From contig NC_068988.1 of assembly GCF_001194135.2 (NCBI RefSeq), positions 53,930,124 through 53,994,123 on the forward strand: a stretch of DNA of 64,000 bases, given 5' to 3'. Under the pieces are notes generated by a model. That model worked only from the letters and a program-made list of their open reading frames with translations. It was not told the DNA's origin and did no database searches. Position 1 is the stretch's first letter. The number at the start of each line of letters is the position of its first letter. The position numbers and the translations under genes were made by a program. This document shows, piece by piece, positions 11,566 to 23,640 of this stretch. This DNA is from Octopus bimaculoides (lineage: Eukaryota).

Positions 11566-11666
11566 GTGCCATCCACATCTTAAACAATCAAAGTGTACAC
11601 AACCTGAACTCACCTTTAATTGTGGAAATGCTTGACCGTGAAGAAAATATCAACTTGCCATCTTAG
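11566..11666 (+). CDS. RAR: Terminal coding exon with AF-2 helix 12 ((S)AIHILNNQSVHNLNSPLIVEMLDREENINLPS*), RAR-like
   Basis: Acceptor ttttgttttcattgcAG (11564-65); phase 1 joins in frame with the previous exon. PLIVEML matches the RAR AF-2 motif PLIQEML. Stop TAG at 11664-11666. Confidence 0.9.
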
Positions 11667-14600
11667 AAAGTTCACATGAAACCATGTTTCACCTTGTTGA
11701 CAGAAAAGATAAACACCATACATGCATATCTATACTAACATATACACACATATATACATCTGTACATATATACATACATGCATAAATATACATATACAAT
11801 ACATATTTTTTCATAATAGTAGGTGTATGAAAGTTTGGTCCATGTCTGGATTTATAACATTCTATGGGCAAAAAGTTGTACTATTTTACATGTTTTGATT
11901 TTGTCCACTTTTNNNNNNNNNNGATTATTTTAGATTTGTGTTTCCTTTCCTCAGCCTCCGTTGGAGTATTTTGTTACTCCCTACACTTATTTGTGACATA
12001 TTCAAATAATGAACAAAACAAGGCTTTACTTCAGAAAACCTTTGGCAATCTATATTATTAACAAGCACTGATTTATGTTACAATTAATTTTCAAAATAAT
12101 CAAGAATTTAAAGGAGTTTAGTTAATTAATTGTAATATACTTATTGCTATTTTAAACTTATTCGATATTCCAAGCTAGTGTTTATTGGTATGTTAAGCAA
12201 GTGTCAGTATACTGTATCTTTTGATCTTGGTATAGTTACAAGACCGCCCTTAGTTCTATTTTATTCACTAAATATATATGTTAAAAAATTCATAGTAAAA
12301 TATATTTTAATCAGGACACTAGGGCCAGGGGATTGGTGAAGTCATTAGAGCATTGGAAAAATACCTCATTGTATTCTGAGTTCAAATCCTGTCTAGATCA
12401 ACTTTGCTTTTCATCTTCTTAGAGTTAATAGAATAAAGTACCAATCAATTTAGTCTCACACAAACATTTCATTAACTATCAAGCCTTGTGCCAATATTGA
12501 AAAATAATTATTTCATGAACACTAACACTGTATTCTACTTGGTAAAAGTTCAGTAATATTTTCATGAGGGCTACTGTTATAAATACACTAGTCCAAAGCC
12601 AGAAATAACAGCTAAATGTTCCTGAAATCAAACTTTGTCATCTTTAATAAAGAAAGCATATATTAGATATACCTTTAAAATACCAGGATGATGATAGGGT
12701 TAAATAAGTAATAAATAATACAATTATTCTACAACTAGATCTCTTTTGAAATTTTTGATTATTTTGAAAATGAATTGAAAGATCGTACCAGTGTGTTTTT
12801 GAGTTAGAAATATGGTTAGGAGAGTGTTAAACTTGAGTGTGATGTTTTATTTATTGGTATATTCAGTTAACTTAGAGAATAAGAGGTATTTATGTACTTG
12901 CTGGACATTTTGAATAATGAAATAATGGGATTTCAACTGAGATTTTAGTCTGAAAATCTTAGTACAAGTGTCTTTGGGCAAATCGGTATTGAAAGACAGA
13001 CAGACAGACAGATAGATAGATAGGTATATTTATGTACTGAAAGAGAGAGAAGTTCTTGAGTGCATTCTGCACAATAAGGTCCATAGTGCAATGTTAGCTT
13101 CCATAAACTTCATACAATCTCATTCTCTCTCACTTGTAGAAATGAAGGCTAAAAAGGTGGCAAGCTGGCAGAATCATTAGCACGCAAGACAAAATGCTTA
13201 GTGGGATTTCATTCGTCTTTACACTCTAAATTTAAATTCTGCTACAGTCGACTTTGCCTTACATCCTTTCAGGGTTGATAAAATAAGTACTAGTCAAGTA
13301 CTGGGGTCGATGTAATCGACCATTCCCCTCCCCTCAAAAACTACTGGCCTTCTGCCAAAATTTGAAACCATTATTACTAATCATCATTATTACGTGCGGG
13401 TGACACGTAAAAGCACCCACTACACTCTCTGAGTGGTTGGCGTTAGGAAGGGCATCCAGCTGTAGAAACTCTGCCAAATCAGACTGGAGCCTGGTGTTGC
13501 CATCCGGTTTCACCAGTCCTCAGTCAAATCGTCCAACCCATGCTAGCATGGAAAGCGGACGTTAAACGATGATGATGATAGTAGTAGTAGTGGTGGTGGT
13601 AGTGATATTATTTTCAAGGGTGTTGGCTTATCAGTAGTATTAAGTGTCTCAAGGAGAACTGGGTTAAAGATTTACATGGGTCAGGTTTACCTGCAAGCAG
13701 TTGATGAAATAAGAGTACTGGATTTGACCAATTCATTACATTTGACTTGCTTACAAAACTTGGTACAAAAGTAGGCGAAAGAAATAGTAATTATTATTGT
13801 AAAGCAGAACAATGGCACTTAATTATCTGTTTTTCTTTCAGTTCTACTTATCTTGCAAGATATTTTGTTGCATTGTTTGAACCTAAGAATAGAGAACCGC
13901 ACTTAATGCAGAATCTAAGATTGTTTACCTTGCTGTGTTGCGTTATTAATTACGGTAAAACTTTCTATTGTTGCCAAGGTCAATTTGTAAGTATTTTGTT
14001 TGTCACCAACACTTGTAGAAGGGATGAATATCAGATTTCCATTTATTCTTTCCAGTATAATTTTGCTATTTATGTAAGAAATGCTGGCTGTATTATGGAA
14101 GCACGGACAATTATATCATTGGATAAAAGCATTCGAATTTGTAGATTATTTGATATAAACAAATTTATATTTGCATAATATATTGAGAAACAAAAAAAAT
14201 AGATGACCACTTTGACCAACAGTTCTTAACTGTTGCTATGGTTTTTCCACATTTTCCTTAACTCATTCGCACCTGTTCTTGCCAAGTAGTGTCCCTGTAA
14301 GGACTGTTTTTAGTATTGGGACCAGCTCCATCGAAAATGCATTGATGCATGTGTCTGATATTATTTTTTGTACCCCTCTTTTGAATGTAAATCTGTGTTC
14401 GTTGTCCCTGTTTGATCAGCAATTACTCCAACAGTATTTGCTTACTCATGAGATATGCTGACCCTGTATCTCCACTCATTGGTGACTGTAGTAAGAGGAT
14501 GACAAAACACATAAAGCTGTCTTCAATGTTGCCTACATAGTACAAACATTCCATAACTTTGTTTTTGGGTTTTGTTAGATTACCAGATGCTTTCTATTAA

Positions 14601-15200
14601 TCTAGTGGCTTCAACCTGTTATACAATATTTGTAAGCAGGAGTTTCTATTAATTACTATTATGGTATTGGGGTCTTTTTTTTTTAATGGGATGTTGAGAT
14701 GTCCACCCAAACATAGGGTACTAGGTGCTGTGTTTTTCCCCAATATTCTAACCCAGAACCTTTCTGATAAGGTTCCTTCTGTTGGGTACAGAGCCTTCAA
14801 TGGTGTGTCTTTCATAATCACTTACATACTTATCAACGAAACCATGGCCAAGATGACAGCAACTGAAGAAAATCTAGCACAAAGGGAAATTTGATTCCAC
14901 CCACTTCTCCCAAGAACACGTACACAAACACACTGATTAACAGACCCTTAAAACTACATATTGACAGATGCTCAAAGACATGCACACAGATTGATGCTAT
15001 ATGCCAAAAACATATCCGGTGGATTTCATGTTAAAAAAGAAGATATCAATTACAAAACATGTGATATTATTATATAGTATTGAAGGCAGTTTTCATGGTA
15101 GCGACAGCAGAGTAGTAGCCAGTGTTAGGGTCAACTTTGACTTCCATCTATCCAGGGATTAATAAGCAAAAATATACCAGTTATTTACTGTTGTTGGTTC

Positions 15201-15668
15201 TAGGAACACTCACCATGAACATTTTTGCCGTAGGAAAACTCACTGTATAGGAAATTTTGCCTTAAGATAATTTCGCCATATAGATAATTTCAATGACATG
15301 GCAGGCAACCTGATTTAGAGAAATTGCAGCTCTGAAAAAAAAAATTGCTTTTTATCTAAACTGTTTTTTGCTTTCTTTTTGTTCTTTGTAAATGTTATCA
15401 TATTTATATTGTATTACTTTTTATTTAAGCAGATTTTTTTTTTTTTTTTTGAAGCATTATCATCTTTTAGATTGCTTTCTTTTGCCCCCCATCCCCTGTA
15501 GCTTTACCATAGTAATATGATAGATAGGTTGGTTGAAACAATTATATCCCAAGAGAGCAATTCATCTTTTGTTTTTTTTTTGTTTTTTTTTTGGTGAAAT
15601 TGTCTTGCAGCAAAATTTCCAATGCAGTGAACTTTCCTACGGCCAAAAATCCCGAGGTGAATTTCCTG
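15201..15668. repeat. Old foldback/MITE-like inverted repeat with arms of about 78 bp
   Basis: 15201-15278 aligns to the reverse complement of 15592-15668. Arms are built of short GGAAA(A/T)T..CC units. Confidence 0.6.
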
Positions 15669-16796
15669 TGGCAAACTTTCTGGATACGGTTGTTGTTGAT
15701 TCAGTCAACTATATTGTCTTCCCTGCCAAAATTCTAGCCTTATTCCAATGTAGGACGAGAGTTTTACACAGTATTGTGGTGACCTTGTTAGAATTTTGAT
15801 ATAATACTCCTACTAAACTGTCATTAAGCTCTGTAAACTTGACTTTCTCCTTAAACTCTAGTTGATCAAGAATGTCGTTTATACGTTAAACTTAGCTTGC
15901 TCAAAAATGTTATTAATATCCTTAAATTTGACATGGTCAAGCTTTTCATTCACTCCTCAAACTCAACAGACTCTCAATCACATCATTTAGTATTTCACAT
16001 ACATTCAAAATTTGAACAACAATTCATCTACACAAGCCCCCCCCCACCCCTTTCCCCCCCTTTTTTCTTCTTCTTTTTTGACAGGCAGGGATTTTTTAAA
16101 TACATTCCCATCAACTATTACATTGTCATCAGTTATCAGCACAGCCATCACTCTCTACTTTCATGTGTGCATGTGATTTCTGGAATCTGCTTCATCTAAT
16201 AACATTTTCTCTTTTTTTTATTATTATTGTTTTTTCTATCTGAGAAGGTACAGGGGAATGGCTTTCATTTATCATTACCGTGTGTTTGGTAGTTTTTTTT
16301 TTCCTTTCTCTTCTTTCTTAATAACTAAAGAGGTTCTGCATTTGACCTGATTGTGGTGCCACCTGGAGTAAGTAGCTTGTAGTAGCTTTCTTTTCACCTA
16401 TACTTTATGAGTGGGATATAGTAGAATAAATTGTAAAAGTCCATCATTCATATACACACAGACACATATAAGTTTTGTGGAACAACTAGGAGAAATAAAA
16501 TCAGTACCAGTGGCATGTAAATAGCACCATTACCAGCATTGCCTTACTGGCACTTGGGCTGGTGGCACGTGAAAAAACATTCAAGCGAGGTTGTTGCCAG
16601 TACCACCCGACTAGCCCTTGTGCCGGTGGCACGTAAAAGCACCCACTACACTCTCGGAGTGGTTGGCATTAGGAAGGGCACCCAGCTGTAGAAACTCTGC
16701 CAAATCAGATGGGAGCCTGGTGCAGCCATCTGGTTCGCCAGTCCTCAGTCAAATCGTCCAACCCATGCTAGCATGGAAAGCAGACGATGATGATGA

Positions 16797-16862
<66 letters not shown>

Positions 16863-18339
16863 CAGCTGTAAAAGTGACTTGAGGGCCAAGAGTTTGTGCA
16901 TTGCATTTAACAAAATATACATATACACAACTGTATGAATTTTTTTCCTCTTTTCTTTCATTCCTGTATCTGGTTTCTTTCTTACCTGTTTCTTTTGCTT
17001 TTTCATTATTTTCTTCCTCTTTAATACGTAATAAGATAGTCAGAGCTGGTGGTGATAGATGCCTGAGAACTAAGAAAAATACTTTAATTGGTCAAATTCA
17101 GCAAAATCATGGTGCACACAAGGCAGGAAATCATTTCAGAAATCTGTTTTAAAACCTATTCCTTTCCTTTCTCTCTCTCTTTCTCTCTCTCCTCACATGA
17201 AATGGAAATTATTAATTCTGCAATGGATGTTAATATGCATAATACAAAGTACCTCTTTCTGCTTGTACTGGATTTGAGCCATTCATCTTTCAATACTTTA
17301 GAGTTCTATCTAGAAAGTCAGCAACTCTAGGAATATTATCTGGGGGGACTAAGTTTAGATTAGTCAAAGAGGAACTTCATGTATGGATTTTAGTAAATCT
17401 CATTGAGGAGTCAATGGGAAGCATGTGGTGAAAGTGAATATGATCATAGTGATGGCACTAGGATGCTAATCATAGTGACGATGGTATGGGTAGTTAGATA
17501 GTGATGGTAGTAGTGGTAGGACATGATAGTAGATACAATGTTGAGGCTGGTGGTAGTAAAGGTGGATATGACAGTTGTGGTGGTAGGATGGTTATGATAG
17601 GAGTGGCAGCAAAGGCTGTTCTTATTGTAGTGATTGGGTTAGGGTTATTGCAGTAGTTTGATGATGTGAGGCAGGTTATAGGAATGTTGGTATTGTTAAG
17701 AGTAGTTGCTGTTGTTTTGGTGGTGGTGGTGATGATTGTTACTGTACTATCAATTGGTCGATGATGCAAGTTAATTATTCATACTTCAACTGTAGTATTG
17801 ATATCCTCTTCAAAACAGAGAAGTTGTTAAGGCTGTTTCTATTGTTCACAGTAAACCAACACCTGGCATCATTGTTGTCACCCATCACACCACACCACAC
17901 AGGGTGCCCTGTGTGGTTAAGCAACCTGTTAGAAAAAGATGCTATATTCTCCCAAATCACACCATACCTTTTAAGAAAGAAGAGCACATAGGATTGTATG
18001 ATCATAGCTTGAACACCTTTGGTTATAAGTCTACTCAGGCAGGACTGACCAGGACCTACAACACTACACCACATCATCTTACATAGCATTGCATAACACT
18101 GCTCTGCACAACATTACACTATGTTACACATTACACATTACACTGCACTGTATGGTGTTTTCAGATTTTTTTTTTCAAACCTTTTTTGTCAACATTACTC
18201 AGCATTCTTTACTTATATTGCTTTTATTATTATATTTTTAATGTCAACTGTTTATTATAAATTGTCTTTTCAGTCACATGTACTTTTTAGAAGTATCTAA
18301 TTATCGAAATACATTTGCATTGTATTATTATTTCTAGTA

Positions 18340-18980
18340 AGGTGGTGAGCTAGCAGAATCGTTAGCATGCTGAACAAAACACTCAGCAGCATTTCATCCG
18401 TTTTCATGTCCTGAGTTCAAATTCCATCGAGGCTGATTTTGCCTTTCATCCTTTCAGGGTTGATGAAATAAGTACCAGTTGAGCACTGGAGTTGATGTAA
18501 TCAACTAGCCTCTCCCCCAAAATATCAGGCTTAGTGCCTATAGAAGAAAGGATTATTTTGATGATTATTATTATTATTGTTCAAATTCTGTCGAGGTCGA
18601 CTTTACCTTTCATCCTTTCGGGATCGATAAATTAAGCCCTTGTGAAACACTGGGGTCAATGTAATTGACTGGTCCCCTCCTCCAAAATTTCAGGCCTTGT
18701 GCCTATAGTAGAAAAGATTATTATTATTATGATTATTATTATTATTATTATTAAAGTGCTGGGCTGGTGGTACCGGTAATGTATTGAACAAAAGGCATAG
18801 TCACATTTCTTTCAGCTCTTTATATTTGTTCAAATACCACTGAGGTAACTTTTGCCTGTTAATCTTTCAATATCACTAAAGACCAGTCAAGAACTGGGGT
18901 CAGTGTTATCAACTTGTCCCCTCCTGCTAAAATTGCTGGCTTTGTGCCAAATTTTGAAACCATTATTATCATTATTATTA
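18340..18980 (+). mobile_element. Head-to-tail array of three SINE family A copies
   Basis: Three successive TTCAAAT...CTTTCA...GTACCAG-type units separated by (TTA)n tails. Confidence 0.8.
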
Positions 18981-19222
18981 TTATTTCCATTGGTATTAAT
19001 GTTATTATTTATTGGCATCCTCGGTGTACCATGTAAAGGATTTGGCTTCTGTTTCTAATCAAGGATATTTCATTTATGTTGCTAATGCCCACCAGGTGGA
19101 GAAAAAAACCAAAAAGCAAAGAAAAAAAGGCATAAAAGTGAAATCTATCTTATTTTGATGAATGTTAGAAACTATTATTATCTTAATGATACTTTTATTG
19201 ATTACAATAATAATAATAATAA

Positions 19223-20142
19223 TATGAAGTGGTATCAAAAGGTTCCCGGACTAGTTATGTTTTATTAAAATACAACTTATTTAACCTCAGTGTTAACAAC
19301 ATTTCCTTCGAAATAATCCCCTTGCACAGCAATACACTCGTCCCAGCAACCCTGCCACTTTTGGAATCTGTCGTGGAAGTTGTTTCTTGTAAGCAAGTTG
19401 AGGACTTTCTGTGATTCACTATAAATCTCGACAATGATGTTAAAATGGCGACCTTTGAGCTGCATTCTCATCTTGGGGGAAGAGCTGGAAGTTCACAGGT
19501 GTTAAATCTGGCAAACAGGGGAGAGGGTGCAGAAGTGAAACCATGTTTTTGGTGAGAAACTCAAAAGTAAAGAATCCAATTCTTTGACTTCCACAGATCC
19601 AGTCACTTTCACCGAATGTCCTCCTTCAAATGCTTCATGATGTCGCAGTAGAACTCTTGATTGATGGTCTGGCCCAATACCACATTTCCAGGGGTGATGC
19701 TTGTGGCAAGTATTCCAGATTACTCGTCATCTTCCAGGGATGTTCTGCATTTTGAAGTGCCCATGCTACTTGAAACATTGCATACAGCCCATTGCCTCAT
19801 CGCCGTAAGCTTGCCAAAGTATGGTCAATGTCTCTAGCAGACTTCAAAAGTCTAATTCAAAATTTCACGTTGGGTCTTTGTTCATGTCCATGACAAAATT
19901 GCAGACCATAGCATATATGTGATCATAAATTTCACAACTTGTGAAGTAAACAGCAATGTCACTTGGCACATGGCCCCATGAAAATCACTGCTAGCTCTCT
20001 CTGTGCATGCAAGTGTGAATCTCCTAGAATAAGGTTTAAATTTGGCTTCATTTCCTACGTAAAATTCATTCACATCATGACAAACTTCCAATGCCTCTGA
20101 TAATGTCTTGTGTGACACATACTTCTTCACTTCCCTCTTATA
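19223..20142 (-). mobile_element. Decayed mariner element
   Basis: Terminus TATGAAGTGGTATCAAAAGGTTCCCGGACT. The minus strand encodes FQKWQGCWDECIAVQGDYFEGN, a mariner transposase C-terminal motif. Right boundary approximate. Confidence 0.7.
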
Positions 20143-20210
20143 ATATCATAGCTAAATTGCATCTAAGTAAAAAGAGTATTGTTTCTTTTTTAAGAGTATA
20201 TCCTTAATAG

Positions 20211-20400
20211 TGGAGGCACATGGCTTAGTGGTTAGGATGTCAGCATCATGATCGTAAGATTGTGGTTTCAATTCCTGGACCGGGTGACGCGTTGTGTTCT
20301 TGAGTAAAACACTTCATTTCACATTGCCTCAGTCCACTCAGCTGGCAAAAATGAGCAATGCTGCGATGGACTGGCATCCCATCCAGCTGGAGAACACATG
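20211..20400 (+). mobile_element. tRNA-derived CORE-like SINE (family D); related copies at 44830-45120 -, 49220-49550 -, 62740-63050 +
   Basis: tRNA-like head GGCACATGGCTTAGTGGTTAGG...GTTTCAATTCC followed by GTGTTCTTGAGTAAAACACTTCATTTCAC..CAGTCCACTCAGCTG. Confidence 0.7.
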
Positions 20401-20477
20401 CACCATTTTATTTTATATTTTATCCTTAATAAGAAATTATTATTTTGTGCCAGTACTAGAAGTTATCATTATCATTA

Positions 20478-21208
20478 TTAAGGTGGGTGAACTGGCAGAA
20501 TTGTTAGCATGCTGGGCAAAATACTTACCAGTATTTTGCCTGTTGCTATGTTCAGAGTTCAAATTCTGTTGAGATCAACTTTACCATTCATCGTTTCAGG
20601 GTTGATCGTGAAACACTGGGGTTGATGTAATTGACTCATCCCCACCCCCAAAATTGGTGCCCTTGTGGCAAAATTTGAAACTATTATTATTACTCAATGA
20701 AATAGGTACCAGTTATGCACTGGGGTTGATGTAATTGACTAGCCCCCTCCCCCAAAGTTTCAGGCCTTGTGCCTACAGTAGAAAGGATTATTATTATTCA
20801 GATGGTGAGCTGGCAGAATTGTTTGCATACTGAGGAAAAATGCTTTGTGGTATTTCATGTCGCTATGTTCTGAGTTCAAATCTCATTGTGGTTGACTGAG
20901 CTTTTCATCCTTCTGAAATTAATAAAAGAAGTACTAGTTGAGCACTGTAGCTGATATAATCAACTTAGCCCTGCCCCGAAAAATGCTGGCCTTTCATCCA
21001 AAATTCGAAACCATTGTCATTATTATTATTACTATTATTATTATTATTATTATTATTATCATTATTATTATTAAAATATCCCCCGAGGTTTACTTTGCTT
21101 TTCTTCCTTTTAGGGTTAATGAAGTAAGTACCACTTGAGCATAAGGATCAATGTGATTGACTTGCCCCTAACCTCCAAATTTCAGGCCTTGAGCCAATAT
21201 TAGAAAGA

Positions 21209-21244
<36 letters not shown>

Positions 21245-21245
21245 G
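20478..21245 (+). mobile_element. Head-to-tail array of about four SINE family A copies or fragments
   Basis: Repeated family A units separated by (TTA)n. Confidence 0.75.
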
Positions 21246-23196
21246 CTCTTTTGGAAACTTCTCAGGAATCTGTATACACAGAAAAAAAGTTCCTTGACTT
21301 TTTATCATGTTTCTAATAATTGTTATTTAATTCTATTCATTATATGTTAAAATGCTGTGTTGAAACGTTTTTTAAATTCAACTCTAAAAGTTATGATGGC
21401 TGAAATGTTGCCACAACAATATGTCATTTATTAAAGAATTATATTATATGATGACTATGCCACAAATTATTTTTTAAAAACAAAAATGGATCGAATCCAC
21501 AAAGCAAAGCGAAGATATGGAAAAACAAACAAAAAAACATTTTGGTAGTATGTGTTATTTGATATTTCCTTGGTTTGATATTTTATAATTCATTGGTCAT
21601 TTTGGCTTTGATAACTTGTTCTAATAAACTTTTTTTTTTTTCTTTTTTTTTTTTTTGCCGTGTGTCCCATATTTAAGCTGGGTTCCTCTGTTTAGATATT
21701 GTTATAATAATATATTAAAGAGTGGATTGGCAAAAATGGTAGAGCAGTAGACAAAATGCCTTGTAGTATTTGCTTACACCACTTTGTGTGCGAGTTCAAA
21801 TCACCCCACTGCCACTGAAGGAGACTTTAATCTTTCATCCTTCTGGAGTTAATAAAAAAAAAACGAACAAACTAATTAAGTATTTCGGGGTTACTATAAT
21901 TGACTATCCCCTGCTCTCAAATTTGTAGGCTTGTGCCTGTCTTAGTTATCATCATTGTTAAGGTTCATTACCATCAGCAGCAGCAGTGTCATTACTGTTA
22001 TTGTTATATGATATGGAGAACAGTGAAGTAGATTTCATGGTTTCATGTATACACATTTTCAGAGTTCAAATCCTTCCATGATTGATTGATTATGACTTTC
22101 AACCCCTCAAGTTCAACCCCTAAATTAATTAGCTGTAAGGTTACTTCAGCTGATTCAATGTCTTTTAGCTTTCTCATTACAAATTTAGCTTTTTTTTTTT
22201 TCCTTTCTACAAAAAAAAAAAAAAAAAAAAATTAATATTATTAGAGAGGGCAAGTAGATTGGTGCAATTGGTACAGTTGCAGATGGATTGCATTTTGTTA
22301 TTTAGTTACATCCCATTACATTTTGGGGCCAGTAAAACCAAGTAATAGCCATGTACTGAGAATAATAAAACCAACTAACCTTTACTTTTTCCTAATTTCA
22401 AGTCTTGTACTGTTTATAAGAATCATTGATATTCTTGTTACCACATTTCTATTGAAGTGCTTTTGTTTTGATTAAGTATTTAGTAAAATAATTTTGTCAT
22501 AATTAATCTGGGGGGTCTGGAACATGATAAATTAACATTTAACAACAAGTTTTGGTAGAAAGTTTTAATTTAAGTCATTTTAAAACAGGACATTTGTATC
22601 AGCCGGGGGTGGAGGAGTCAGTCTAGGGTGGGTTGGAATGAAAAAGGTTTTTATTAACAAATCCATCAAAGTGTTGGGAAAACGCTTTATTGTATTTCTT
22701 CCAGTTCTTTGCATTCAGATCAACTTTGCCTGTCCTTTCAGAATCAATAAAATAAATATCAGTCCCGTTCTAGGGTTGATGCTGTTGGCTTTGCTTTTCA
22801 TCCTTTCAGGATTGATAAAATAAGTACCAGTTAAATCTATGTAATCAAACAGTCTCACTCACCCTAAAATTGCTGGCCTCGTGCCAAAATTTGAAGGAAT
22901 TCTTATTATGGATTCCTAACAATGAAATGAAGTACTAGTGAAGTATGAGGATCACTAATTGACAATCTATTTCTCCTTTCCACTCTGTTGGCCTTGTACT
23001 TAAATTGTTATCATTCTGACAATTGGTGCTACACTGGATGACATGCCTTACACTATATTATCCTATTTCTTTTCCTTCTCATCTTTCAACCTTCTGAAGT
23101 TGATAAAGAAAGCAGCAGTAAATATCCTGGGATGTTTATTTAATTGTGTCCTGCTCAAAACTTGTAAAATTGTGCCAATGTTAAAACTTTATTATT

Positions 23197-23640
23197 AAGG
23201 TGGCAAGCTGGCAGAATTGTTAGCACACCAGACGAAATATTTAGCCATAGCTACTACATTCTGAGTTCAAATTCTGCCACTGTCAACTTTACCTTTCATC
23301 CTTCTGGGGTCGATAGATTAAGTACCAGTGAAATACTGGGGTTGATATAATCGACTTAACCCCTCCACCCAAATTTGAAGCCTTGTGCCTTCAGTAGAAA
23401 GGATTATTATTATTATTATTATTATTATTAAGGTGGTGAGCTGGCAGAATCATTAGTGTATGGGATGAAATGCTCAGCAGTATTTTCACCCATTGCCACG
23501 TTCTGAGTTCAAATTTTGCCTTTCATCCTTTCAGGGTCGATAAATTAAGTACCAGTGAAACACTGGGGTCGATGTAATCGACTAGTCCCCTCCCCTAAAA
23601 TTTCAGGCCTTGTGCCTAGAGTAGAAAGTATCATTATTAT
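23197..23640 (+). mobile_element. Two tandem SINE family A copies
   Basis: AAGGTGGC/TGAGCTGGCAGAAT...GTAGAAAG(TTA)n occurs twice. Confidence 0.85.

Noticed and set aside
4453-11666. Assignment as thyroid hormone receptor
   Set aside because: Hand alignment shows more identities to RAR in helices 3-5 and 9-12, and the intron before helix 11 matches RAR. Not fully excluded without a tree.
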